Positions 13,484 through 25,865 of a stretch of 64,000 bases of DNA are shown here, in pieces. How positions within the stretch are numbered: the stretch's first letter is position 1; every line of letters begins with the position of its first letter. A model generated the notes under the pieces. The model made no database searches. It was not told where the DNA came from and saw only the letters and a list, made by a program, of their open reading frames with translations. Source of the stretch: Daphnia carinata (taxonomy: Eukaryota); NCBI RefSeq assembly GCF_022539665.2, contig NC_081333.1:6758001-6822000 (forward strand). The letters are read 5' to 3'. The position numbers were made by a program, and so were the translations under genes.

Positions 13484-16400
13484 TAGTTGATTGAGGATAA
13501 GAGACAGGTGCTTGAAATAGCGATGAAATCCGTAACGCTCCGCCAAAACAGCAAACGTCGCGTTGTTCACTAACGCCGAGCACAATTCAGTTTAGGCCCC
13601 AGACTGATCACGCGGTAGGTTTTTGTACGTACAGTTACCGCGTTATAAGGTAATCTACTGAAACGTCAGTAAAAAGCCATTTAATAAATACCAAATATTT
13701 AATTCAAACATTTTTCAAACAGGAACGAAGCGAGGTAAATCTTGGGCACGGTAGACATTTCCTTCGACTACCATGTCCTCGACCGACGGAATTTTGGCAC
13801 CAACACGCAACATGATCTGCTTCTATTTCTCTTGAACCAAGGCTTTTACTTGTTGCTTGGCATATGCACCATTCCCTATAGTGTCATTTACGAAATTAAT
13901 TTCTTTTTCAGGAGTAACACAGTGGTAGCAGAGTAAAATGAATATTTTAAAAATACCTGAAGGTCCATGGATATTCTAATAATTTCAATGGGATTGCGGA
14001 TGAAATCAGTGCTTCTTCAAGGCATCTGGGAATACGTAGCCAAGTGGCAACCAATTCTCGTGCGGATTGAATTTCGTTGCAACCATGCATCCACCGAAAA
14101 TTTTTTTCTTGCCCAACTGATATGGATGGAGATTGGAAACCTGACGCGAGCACAGATGACTGTGTTTCTCCTCGTGAATACTACTACATTTGCATTACAA
14201 AAATAAGTTGTGATGGAGTACTTTATGAACGAATCGCCAATCGTTTCAGGTCGTTCTATATTAATGCCATCATTGGCACTAGACATTGTAAATGCCTGTA
14301 GGGTCACGCTCGGAGATGGCCCCGGATGGCTTTCTAAACCTTGTTGTTCGTCAAAACTGAAGGAGAAATCTAAACCAGGAACTGACATTTCTACTGTTGC
14401 TAATACAGGTTCTTCTTTTTGGAGTGGATGGACTATGTGGGTGAGTTGAGTGGATGGATCATTAGATGGATCACATTCGTCATGAATTTCATTGGTACAC
14501 TGTGCCAGCAACAGGCGAGTAAGCTATAGAATATGTGGGATCCAGTCGTCGATTTGTTTTGCCTGATGTTGTACCAGAGATTTCGTGGGAGCTTTTCACA
14601 TTTCCGAAATTTCTGCCAGATTGTCTGGATGGTCCATTACTCGACGATGGAAAGGCGATACAATAGGGATCTCTTTGTCTACTGACACGGCGGATTCATC
14701 AACAATCACTGCTTTGTGTAGTGTGAGCAAATCTTCACATCTGCCTTCCAAATCACTGTTTGTTAGATCAACGTTCCATCGGTTTATCCTGTTAAGTAAA
14801 TCTGCGACCTGTTCATAAGGCTCTTCGGCGTCCATTTGACCTTCTTCTAATTCTTCCTCCTCTGGACTTTGATATTTTTTGCTTTTTGGTCAATGGGTTC
14901 TTCGATCGCCTCTGCGGCGTCTCCTCGACAGACAAATTTGGGTCCGAATTTCTTTCACTTTACAAACAATTCGACCGGTTCCGACCAGTCAAAATCTGCT
15001 CCATTATCATTGGTCAGTGGAGCTACTGCTTGAAGATCACTATAGACAGTTTCTCCCGTTCCTGTATGACAAAATGGAAATAGTAATATTATTAAATAAG
15101 CGATCTAGCTTGTTATGACGTATTACTATTCTGATTGTTGCCATCAATTGTATAAGGGTTCCATACTTCGACATCCAATAAAGAAGCTCCCGTGCTCTTT
15201 TTCGCTTCCTTACTTTTTCATTTCTGCGGCTTTGAAGGCAATTTTGGTACGTTACTGTCTTCGATTGAGTGTTTTCTCGTAGTGCCCGGAGATGGCACAC
15301 TGTCGGAGACAATTTCGTCTTCCAAGTCGGCTTTGTAATCCTCTCCCCCAGTCGAAGATTTTCCTTTTCGGTGGGATAAAAGTTATCGTCCAGCTCTTTT
15401 TGCTGGCGCAATAATTGACACGATTCCAGCGCTGCAAGATCGTTTGCTATAACTTTGGCCGCCATGGGAAGACCTGATACAGTTTGCCGCATCTCTGCTG
15501 CATCACTTCTTTGAAATAGTTCGAACCATCTGTCCCCTACAGATGGGTCAACGTATTTTCGCTAACTGTTCGTATTTCCAAATAGTAATGAGGCGCGTGA
15601 AACAATCACTGGGCAACCTTACGCAATATCTACAAATATTTATCTTTCTGAAAATTGCAGTCGTTTTAAATTTTAAGCCTATTTGCGTTATACCTGTTAA
15701 TGATGGCGGTGGCGTTTTGTAAAGAAGCATAAGATTTTGAAGCGTCACCAGAAGTGTACGGTTTCCCAATTTTATGGAGCATATCTTCAGTGTGATTGAC
15801 GAACTCGGCCAAAGAGCTGTGATAGCCATTTTTACTTAGCAGAATTTGTTCAGTGGCATTGAAGTGATAGAGATTCACCAGTAATTCATCTATGGGCTCC
15901 TTCTCGACCATCAGAATATAATGATTTTTTAGAGTGCGCTCGAGCATTTGAATGAACAGACGCCCAGTAAATTTGTGGCATATCGTACCGGATAACCAGA
16001 TGGCAAGCTGGAACGTCAATACTATCCTCTAGAACGCTCGTGGCTACGAGAATATTACAATAGTGACTACGAAAACATTTCATAACGTCTTCCTGCTTCC
16101 GATTTTTCCTTTCTATTTCCTTAACGGTCATGCCTACAACCCGATCAACGGTATACAGAGGACTTAGATGCGCTAACTGAAGGGCGCGTCGACTTAATCC
16201 TAGACAACAATAAATTAAAATATTTAATCTAACAGGATAATGTAACATCATCTTTTGCTTACCTTTAAAATATGATAGAGTAGTTTGGCTGTAGTGCGCC
16301 TCTCAGTGAAAATCATTCAACATAGCTGATAAGCGTCTTCTCGAATTCGGTGATGACGTGCAGGGAAATCGGGACGACTGCGATCCGACGCACAAAGGAC

Positions 16401-17450
16401 GGGCCACACTCAGGTAACTCTACGGGCTGTAATGTTTCCGTGAAATATTTTTGAACTTGATCAGCGAGATCGTCAGCATGAACTAATACGGTGGAATCGG
16501 TTGGGTCTGATGTGTCGTTAATTCCGGGCAATTTTGAAGTTATTGGCGGTCGATAAATACAGAGTATGTCCAAAAGGCGAAGAACTTTAGGGTGGCTATT
16601 CTACGTTCATATTCGGAGTATCGCTGAAATTCTTCTTCGCACACTGACCTACAAAATGGAATATAAAAAATGAAAAATATTTTGATATCACTACCGCATT
16701 CCGAAAGCCAACCGCATTTCAAGGAAAACTGTGAAGACTTAGCACAGAAGAAGATAGTGTCTTTTATAAACTGCTTTGATTTTTAATTTTTCCAATGAAT
16801 GAGGTAAACCAGAGCAGCAGCACGGTCTGCTCCCCCAAGGGCCTAAGATAATGAAATAGTTCTGAATTGCAGCCGTGATGGGGGTACATTTTTTCTATAA
16901 TGAAAACAAATAAGTACAAAGAAAGAAAATCAAAACCTGCTACAAAAGCAAAACAATATTACCAATAGCAACAACCACTAACATAAACGTAAAGTAAGTA
17001 GATCGTTGAAGTGCCAATTTAACTGTTCGTGTAAGGTATTATACTGAGGAAAAACCTTTTGAGTTGTTGGGTTAACTGATTAAATAGATCATCAGAAATA
17101 TACCTTAGAATACTGAGAATAATACAAAAACATACCTGCAAACTTCAGAAGCTTTTGCAGGAATTAACATTACAGCAACAAACATTTCCTCCAAATCTGC
17201 TTTTGAACCTGCAATGGTGTTTTTGGATTTAGCAGATTCAAAACGTTCCACCTACAAAATTATGAAGACAATAATAAATATCACATAATTTGACAGACAA
17301 CTATGAGTGAACTGTGCTTTAACACAGGAAAAACTATGTTTTAAGGACAGAAAAATCGAAAACCTCAGTATCTGTTGGTGCAAACGTGTCACCTGTTGGT
17401 AAATCCATCATTAATGGTAACATTCCTGTGTCATGAGATAAAATAGCAAA
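13484..17450 (-). pseudogene. Dcr-1: Dicer-1-like pseudogene with introns, frameshifts, stops and large internal deletions (upstream limit approximate)
   Basis: Helicase insert LGPW/GADRAAAL (~16810-16850); helicase-C NILVATSVLEDSIDVPACHLVIRYDMP (~15970-16060); DUF283 ASLQNATAIINRY..RLPSDCFTRL and LAALESCQLLRQQKELDDNFYP; RNase IIIa [42 protein letters not shown] (~14200-14330); RNase IIIb piece SALVNNATFAVLAERYGFHRYFKHLS (~13500-13580). Confidence 0.92.
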
Positions 17451-18776
17451 CGGTTTCAACTAACGTACTGTGGGATAGAACCGAACCACTACGTTAAAAA
17501 GTTTTTGTTTACAGCATGATCATTCGGCATGGGCTCTTGCCGCTTGACACAGACAAGCAGGGTTGGCGCTATTCCGACGAAATTTTCTTTGCACCATTTT
17601 GGCCTTTCAAGACAGGGCTTGGCCTCACGTCACTCAGGTGGCTTTTGGGCCGATAAATGATCGTTTTGGGTTTTGTAGTGCCGTTTTTTCTGTTTAGGTC
17701 GGCTTGCGAGTCTAACCTAGTACTGATGGTTTTAGCTTTAAGTGCGACTGGTGTATCTGCACCAGATTCACGTGTTTGCCTAGCAATCCCTTACGCACGA
17801 GTGATTATTGTTTTTTTGTTGTTTTTTGAGTTGATATTTTTAAGGAAGGGAAGGATTGTTGGGGGTGGTGGGAATCGAACACGAGGTAACTATCTACGAA
17901 GGTATGGCGATAGCCACTGTGCCAGGACCGCACCTAACCTAGTACTGAAAACGAAAAGAAAAAGAAAACAATAGCAGACGAATATCTAGTTCACAACACC
18001 ATTGGTACTATTTGGTGATAACTCAACATGGTCTCCGCGAGTTGACTCGACCGTTCGGGTTCTAAGCGGCACACCGATTCCTGCGTTTTGATTGGCTCTC
18101 CAGCTCTGATGCCAGTGGCAACCACCACTGAAAGAAAGCAAGCTGTTGATGTGTCGTCTGCTTGTGCCGTCTGCGTGTCGTCTGCATCGATTTTAATTTT
18201 CAAAATAATGCAATTTTCAAATCATAAAATTATTAATAAAAAATCATAAAACGTTCCTCAAATCAACACTGACATCTTTTAATACAACCCCTTGGACTCT
18301 ACGGTAAGCGATTTTTTTGTTCCCGGTGAACCATGATAATGTAAGTAGTTGTAAAAATAATGTAAGACTGTAAATATTTGAATATCAAAATAAACTGAAT
18401 GAAAACATTTTGGTTTCCTTTTTATATTACTATAACGATAAGCCTATACAGTAAGATAAATATAGAATCGTAAAACTATTTTTGAATTTTATTTACGTTG
18501 ATAATAATGGAAAATTTAAAAATTCCGCCTAAAAATAATGGCATCCGTTTTCTCAATGGTGATTGGTTGTTTGTAATTTAGTATTTCCTTACCTAATTTG
18601 ATAAATTTTTGTTGTTTAATGGCCACCAATACATTCCTCGTGACATAAGGAAGCTAGATATTACCTTTATAACATATAATAAGCCTAAAGAGTTCCTTAG
18701 CGAAGGGCCCAAAGTTTTCGGTTTTTCGTAGTTTTCCCTCCTCCCATACACCGTCCAAAAATAAAATATTTATGAA

Positions 18777-18856
18777 ATTTGGTTGGGTTGGTGGTTGTAA
18801 TGCAACCGCCAACTCAACTTTTATCGTTTTTCGTATATATATTTATGTTACGAACC
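18777..18856 (+). repeat. Copy of the ncRNA 3' hairpin/terminator; its downstream flank resumes at 22733-22836 after the MULE
   Basis: GGTTGGGTTGGTGGTTGTAATGCAACCGCCAACTCAACTTTTATCG matches ~11408-11453; 22733-22836 matches ~11488-11586. Confidence 0.85.
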
Positions 18857-21800
18857 GGTAGCCGGTGAAATAGGACTGAAACGAAATAGGACTGGAGAAA
18901 TAGGACTGAAAATTTCCAGTCCTATTTCTACCGGAGAAATAGGACTGGGAGAAATAGGACTGACTTTTTAAAACTTTTAGGACAGTCCTATTTCTCCATG
19001 CCAGCAGTCCTATTTCTCCTCGGCATCAGTCCTATTTCTCCTTAGAAATAGTCCTATTTATTTTATTTTGTTTTGTTCCAATAGGAACGATATGCCTCCA
19101 ATCCTGTAGGCAACATGTTGCGTAAGAGCGTCGGCTTATATCCATTTCTCTTTGTAAAAAGCCGATGGTGTTAACTCATAACTTAAATGGTTCACCAAAC
19201 ATTTATCTTTTATCCTATTTTAATTTAAATTCCAGGGGACCATTAAATATGTTATATCTAATATAGTTCATTTAATAAAATACTACAACGGCCACACCAG
19301 AAATATTTATTAAATTTTTCTTACTTTTTAGTGCATAAATAACTTTCCCAGTTGCACTCATGTTGTACTTGCTCATACAACTATCAGCAACGAATAACAA
19401 GCAAGTCTTACCATATCGGTAGCGCTCTAACCTTTGACACGTGTAGTCCTATGTTCGATTCTCCGTGGTTACATTTCTTCTGAGGTTTTTAATAATTATT
19501 CTATGAAAGAATTTTTGGGAGAGAACAATTACTGGTGTTTAGGGTAATACTTCTGAAATGGCAAATAATGGTAGTTCTGACTTCCCAATTTTCACATGCG
19601 GTTTCAGCATTTCAGCCAGTCAGTATTTAGATCTTCATGGTGTAGGTTGTCGACGGTGCTTCGTATGTGCCGTGAATGTGCTGTGAATGTGCTAATCATC
19701 TGTTGTTCGTGTCCAGCGGCCTGCCCAGTTCCTGCCCAGCTGCGGATTGTTTCTAAGGAGTCGCAAACCGTAAGTACATTTTCTATTTCACTAGTGCTGG
19801 GCCGTACCCGGACACATTGTATCAGGCTCGGAACGGATAGGCAACGGTTCGAGTGCTGGCATTGTTAATTTAAGTGTAAGGGCATTGAGACTTGTCACCT
19901 CAATGGGCACAGGTATCGGGATTGGTTTCACAGTGTCGTCGTGAAACCAATTGTCTGACCCAGGTCAGTGGACCTTCAGTTAAATAGATATCTTAGTCGG
20001 GACGTAGGCCGACTAGGATTAGAAATATTTACGATAGTTATTTAATTACATCTGCAAATTATGGGTATGCTACCTAACTATACTTCACGTCACTTAATGC
20101 TTTTACTTTTTTTATTGTGTTTCAACTACTTATGTTTTACTAATTTTTTTTTCTTCTTTTTCTTCTTTGTAGGTTTTGCGTGGCAATTTTTTTACAGTTT
20201 ACTCAGGCCGGTTTAACGTTTTTTTATTTCTTAAGTTCTTTTTTTGCCTTTTTCATTAATTTTATTTTTCTTTTTTCATAGGGAGCTCTGATCAACGAAT
20301 TCTTAAACCGTTCTTCCGGACAATTGAAAGCTTTTGCTTTCTCTTATCACTCGTTTGGTAAATGGTTGGAAGGATTTAAACATGCAAGGTAAATTCATTT
20401 ATAGTTATATGGAGTACATTGGTATAATTATTGCAATTTTATTTTTTTTAGAACAATCATCTTCTCGGGAATTGTGGCCACGAACCAAAACCATCAATCG
20501 GCACATTAGTTGTCGCTTGCACAACAAGTATTATCGTAATAATTCAAGCATAATGTATTACATTACATATTACATTAAAATAAAAAAGTCAATTGAGATT
20601 ATGTAAGTTTATTTATAAAGTATGTTAATTTGTAAACATTCGTCAAATAAAATACATGTTACAAACAAACAAATGTTATTCAATTATAGACATATCTAGT
20701 TCATCATTAATATTATTTATAGCAACATTAAGGGCATGTGAGAAAACAATAGCGGGAAAAGATGATCTAAGCTCTAAAACTATTTCTTCTAGTAGATCCA
20801 TTGTAGATAGCTGCAAAAACAATGATTAGTTATAGGGAAACTTTTTTTTTTCTTGTAAATTTAGAAAACATACCTCATTATTTTGATAGCGCGCCCAAAG
20901 CTGGAACAGTACGGAATTCTTAAGTTGGGTCTCTTTCTTCCGGTGAGCCCTTATTTTGTCATGGCAGAGTAGCGTGCTAGTAAGGGAAACTTCTTCGGCC
21001 AGTTTCCGCAATACCATTGTCATCTTGTAGAATTTTAAATTAGATCCGCCTGCCAACTACAAACATTTTTTTTATTAATTATTCATTACATATTATTGTT
21101 CAAATTTAAATTACCTTGTTCCATTGGTGGTGCATTCCTTCGCAGTCGTTATTGGTACGCGTTAAGATGTTGAAGCATGACCAGTTCTCAGGAGTCCAGA
21201 ACTTGCCCCGAATCCAATTCCGCTCCATATAATCCATGAGTGCTGAAAGTTCGCTAGGTGCTGAGCTCTTCAACGCGTCAAACACACCAGGAAGTTCACA
21301 AATGTTATTTATGACAATTAAATATAACATTTGTGTGCTATTTACCTGGAAGATATGCAAGGCATAGCAGGCGAAACACAAAGTCTCGCACTGGATTCGG
21401 TCCCTTGTTGTTGTAGAGGGTGGAAAGGTGAAGATCCCGGACCTTTTTCAGAACGGCTTGGCACCAGTGGAAATTGCAGCCAAAGTGCTGGCAATCCACA
21501 AAGTGCCTGCGGACAGCCGTAAATATAGCACGTTCGAAATCGGTCACGATCCGCTGGACTCTAGGAAGGGGGATTATATCCTATTACAATATAAAATTTA
21601 TTATTTTTACATAACAAACTATTTGTAAATGAGATAGTATCTATACCTTTATCTTCTCGAAGACAGCGCTATAGTCGGCTGCTCTTCTCCTGGTCATGCA
21701 AATCTCTTCTTTCTATTCGCCGCCGGCAACTATCTTCAACTTCCTCGGCTTTAGCACCCATAAATCTTCTTCATCAATTTTATTTCAAAGTCAATATAAA

Positions 21801-22724
21801 TATTAACTTAATCCTTTGGCATACGTCACTTGATGAGTAATGCTATGTCATGCTCGGCCATCCACTTCGGTGGTAGAATCCTCTTCTTGGTAAAGAAGTT
21901 GAGGAATTGTTAAAATGTTAAATTACAAATAATTTATTTTTCGCCCATCTACCGTTATCTACCATCTCCTCTCTCATCCATTCTCTTGTATCTCAACAGT
22001 TCTTCTTGCTCCTGGTGAGGAACTAGCTTTCATACAGGCGAAGATTCATTAACATTCTTCTACTATTCATAGTAAACTTAACCGCAAATGTTATTAAAAA
22101 CCTCAGAAGAAATGTAACCACGGAGAATCGAACATAGGACTACCCGTGTCAAAGGTTAGAGCGCTACCGATATGGTAAGACTTGATTGTTATTCGTTGCT
22201 GATAGTTGTATGAGCAAGTACAACATGAGTGCAACTGGAAAAGTTATTTATGCACTAAAAAGTAAGAAAAATTTAATAAATATTTCTGGTGTGGCCGTTG
22301 TAGTATTTTATTAAATGAACTATATTAGATATAACATATTTAATGGTCCCCTGGAATTTAAATTAAAATAGGATAAAAGATAAATGTTTGGTGAACCATT
22401 TAAGTTATGAGTTAACACCATCGGCTTTTTACAAAGAGAAATGGATATAAGCCGACGCTCTTACGCAATATGTTGCCTACAGGATTGGAGGCATATCGTT
22501 CCTATTGGAACAAAATAAAATAAATAGGACTATTTCTAAGGAGAAATAGGACTGATGCCGAGGAGAAATAGGACTGCTGGCATGGAGAAATAGGACTGTC
22601 CTAAAAGTTTTAAAAAGTCAGTCCTATTTCTCCCAGTCCTATTTCTCCGGTAGAAATAGGACTGGAAATTTTCAGTCCTATTTCTCCAGTCCTATTTCGT
22701 TTCAGTCCTATTTCACCGCCAATC
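18857..22724 (-). mobile_element. Mutator-like DNA transposon (MULE), internally deleted, with ~635-bp TIRs
   Basis: Near-identical inverted repeats 18857-19495 and 22091-22724 carrying arrays of GAAATAGGACT; 8-bp TSD TACGAACC at 18849-18856 and 22725-22732; internal MULE transposase exons. Confidence 0.95.
20676..21697 (-). pseudogene. MULE transposase, C-terminal half, spliced; N-terminal catalytic region deleted
   Basis: TDFERAIFTAVRRHFVDCQHFGCNFHWCQAV (D and CxxH motifs) and YMERNWI...WSCF...RTNNDCEGMHHQW (TNN..E motif); GT-AG introns between the pieces. Confidence 0.9.
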
Positions 22725-22961
22725 TACGAACCTACATCCGCCTGAAATAAAAATTAAAGGCTAGGGTTTCTCTGCCCTTCTGAAAAACATTTTAAAATAA
22801 TTAAGTTCTTTTTTTTATTCCAAGAAAATGCATGTGACTTTTACTGTAAAGAGATTTTATTGCACAGAGCAAGCACCGCAAGTCAAGAATTTTTGTTTTG
22901 AATGGAATCCGGTGAAAGTGTTAACCAGCCACAAAAGAAAAAAAAAGAATATTTTAGAAAA

Positions 22962-23360
22962 TTATTGAAATAAGAAACGTGGATCGATCATGGTTTTCTT
23001 CGCTAAGTTCCACATTCCAAAACGATAGCGGAGAAATTGAAGTGCCAGTAGTTGAAGAAAAGTTGCTTTTTAACGCTTCGAATGGGCATAAAATTCTATC
23101 ACAATTCGAGATTACCTTATAGACGTAAATACGGTAAAGGCGGCAGTGAGGTAGCCAGTTCGAAAATCACCAAAGTTGTTTCATTGCCGTAGAACAACAT
23201 CGAATCAAAACAATTTTTCCTATCTAGAAAAACCAAAAACAGGGTTGATTGAATTTTTAGTAACAAAATGATATTAATGTATAACGTATCATACAGCGTA
23301 GCGCTTCCCTCGTCAAAGGTAGTGTCGGTACCGCTAGGCTGAGTCAAACGAAAATTGTAA
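22962..23360 (-). pseudogene. TMEM67: Meckelin (TMEM67/MKS3) C-terminal gene fragment
   Basis: FDSMLFYGNETTLVIFEL, then after a frameshifting deletion GYLTAAFTVFTSI, and a terminal exon LRYRFGMWNLAKKTMIDPRFLFQ*; resembles the Meckelin C-terminus (YYGNEATLLIFDL...NLASKTLVDQRFLI, recalled). Confidence 0.8.
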
Positions 23361-23815
23361 TAAGGCCTGCCAATCAAAAACACATTTACACAACACAACC
23401 TGAGCAATATACCTGACTGGTGTGATGTTTCCGCTATTTTTCCAAAAGAGCATGGTAGAAAATATTTTAAAATGTTTGAATGTCTTGTCCTTGGACAACA
23501 ACAAACTGAAAAATCTATAAAATTATGACAGATGATTGTTCTATTGGTGTCTTTATTTGGCAGTTGCTCTTGATACCCGTACACTTAGCAGTAGTCCTTA
23601 TTATAAAAACATGTGCTATCATAAGCTAATCAACTATCTTTGAGTTTACCCAACGAACACAAAGAAACAAAAACACCCAATGACTTTTAACTAAAAAAAT
23701 TGTTCTAAACAACGACTAGACGTATTCACAGACATCATGTTAATACTAAATTGTCTTGATGAACTTTTGCTACAGCCTAATAATTTTTTAGCCATTTCAA
23801 TTTACTTGAGATTTA

Positions 23816-23911
23816 GGTAGCAGGTGAAATAGGACTGAAACGAAATATGACTGGAGAAATAGGACTGGGAATTTTCAGTCCTATTTCTCCAGTCCTATTT
23901 CACAACCAATC
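23816..23911. mobile_element. 96-bp miniature derivative of the MULE
   Basis: Same termini GGTAGC.GGTGAAATAGGACTG ... CAGTCCTATTTCAC..CCAATC; perfect 8-bp TSD GAGATTTA (23808-23815, 23912-23919). Confidence 0.92.
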
Positions 23912-23994
23912 GAGATTTATATAAATATGGCTAACGAATTCTTAATTTGGCACAAAATTCGAATAGCTTGTAGCTTAGATTCGTAATTTTTGCA

Positions 23995-24352
23995 CAGACT
24001 TGCCGTTCCGATCAAACTGTGGAAGATCAGATCGCCGATCAAATTTTGCCGATCATTTTTAGACGACATGCGATGTTCAAAAACTAACATTCTTTAATGC
24101 ATTTAGTATATTACTAAATGAAAGAGTGAGTACTAAACAATATCTGTCAATTCTCGTTCGACAGCAAAAATAATAAAATACTTACATGTAACAACCCAAT
24201 CGACCGCTAGATGGCAAATAGATTGATCGCTAACAATGATCAAATCGCGATAAATATTTTTTATCACCGATCCGATCGCAGAGCAACCTCAAGTGATCGA
24301 ATCGGCGATCAATTTTTTTACCGTCATGGGGATCGCGATCGTGGCAAGTTTG
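23995..24352. mobile_element. hAT-type MITE (GATCG-rich family), older copy, opposite orientation to 33921-34346
   Basis: TIR CAGACTTGCC / GGCAAGTTTG; TSD TTTTTGCA / CTTTTGCA; GATCG subterminal repeats. Confidence 0.8.
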
Positions 24353-24803
24353 CTTTTGCATCAGATTCAAAATTATTTTTGGACGGTGTGTGCTAGATTC
24401 AAATGAGTTGCCAGCCCGTTGTTGTTTTAATCATTGTTCCTGGGTTGTCATGGCAACTCAAGCTTGCTTCGCGCGCTCCCTAATTTCTCTTCCTTCTTAA
24501 TTATTAGTCTATTGCTTCGCTTGTCTTAAGTCATTTGTTTGTTTCGTAGACAACGGCATGGTTCATAATGTGTCAATCGCTCAGACACTTTTCGGCCGTT
24601 TCCCTGTTTTGCCGCCATTTTCGCATCGTCCTCGTATTAAATAATTTTTCTATCCTTCTCGTTATCCCTTTGTATTCGCCACACCAAATTTCGATTCATA
24701 CATGGTTAATTTGCAACAATCACGTATTAACGTTAATCGGACTATCGTTATCCGCCTGCCCATAACGAACATGACTATGCGAAAGGCGAGTTTCCTTAGA
24801 AAT

Positions 24804-25865
24804 TTAGTTGTTATACATCTTTTCGATCTTGTGAATAGAAGTTTTTACTTCCAATAAGTTACATACGTCTAACCATGAAACAAAATACTGCTTCCAATTC
24901 TATAATATCATAGCAATATTATCATGGCATATCTTATTGCGGCCTTCTCGGTTGTCTCTGCCTTCGCGATGTCAGCCTGGATATCGGGACTGTTTTCGTT
25001 GTTTAGGTTCCATTTATCCAACAAGTCAAACAGTAAATTTTGTAGATCGATTTCTGAATCTTTTCGGACTTGCCCTTCTTTTTGCAGATTACGGTCTCGC
25101 ATCGCTGGGCCAAGAAATTTAGTATACACCTATATAACTTTAGGGTAATCTTTGTCAACGTAAGATACTTAGCTGCCGACATGTCTCCTGGCCTTTCCGG
25201 TCTGCTGCGTTGGTTAAGAAAGGTTGGTGCTGTACAGGAGGAGATGTCCACATCCAACGATATCTTTTGTTTTGAGGTTAATTCCTCAAAAATGCTTTTT
25301 ACCTTTGCAGCAGAGATCCTGTCATCAACCAATTTCAGAATTTCTATCCACGTCATCAGAAACTGATCCAGTGTTGGTAAACTTCGTCGAAGTAGCCGTG
25401 AATTACGGATTGTCTTCCAGTCATTGGCATTTTTAGGTTGTATAGGTCTGATGACTGAATCACTGTCAAAAGGAAGGATCTTTTTCCGCTTGACGATCAT
25501 AATTTTGAGAAACTCATAGATGTCCAGCTGATTGGTTTTTGCGCCTACTAGATTTTTTCTATCCATAAAATTATATATACTTGGTCCAAAATGTATGGTC
25601 ATGATAGAGAACAATATTTAGCATAAATCAATGGTTATAGTGATTCTTTCATCAATGACATGACTTTCAAGGGCTTATTCGGTTGATGGTAAATCTTTTT
25701 TTTTTGTTTAAAAGTGTTTCAATTTCTACCCCGTTCTTTTGTGCTGTCCTGCTATTTTGCTTGTTGTTGGTCATTGTAACTAACAAAAGCAGCACATTGT
25801 AAGATATTACCATGGGCACAACTTTGTTCTTTATAAGCGTTTTCAACAGAAAATTTGGCAACAAA
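24804..25865 (-). pseudogene. Decayed intronless gene with 2-3 tandem HEPN-like repeats
   Basis: After frameshift correction the repeats read GRQSVIHGYFDEVYQHW-QFLMTWIEILKLV (motif 25398-25418) and GRNKICHDNIAMII*NWKQYFVSWLDVCNLL (motif 24924-24944); a degenerate third motif NKV/AHGNI lies near 25805-25830; R-x4-H in a helical context. Confidence 0.55.

Noticed and set aside
18865..19060. GAAATAGGACT array superficially like a CRISPR repeat
   Set aside because: Short motifs in mixed orientation with irregular spacing inside transposon TIRs; eukaryotic context with no cas genes
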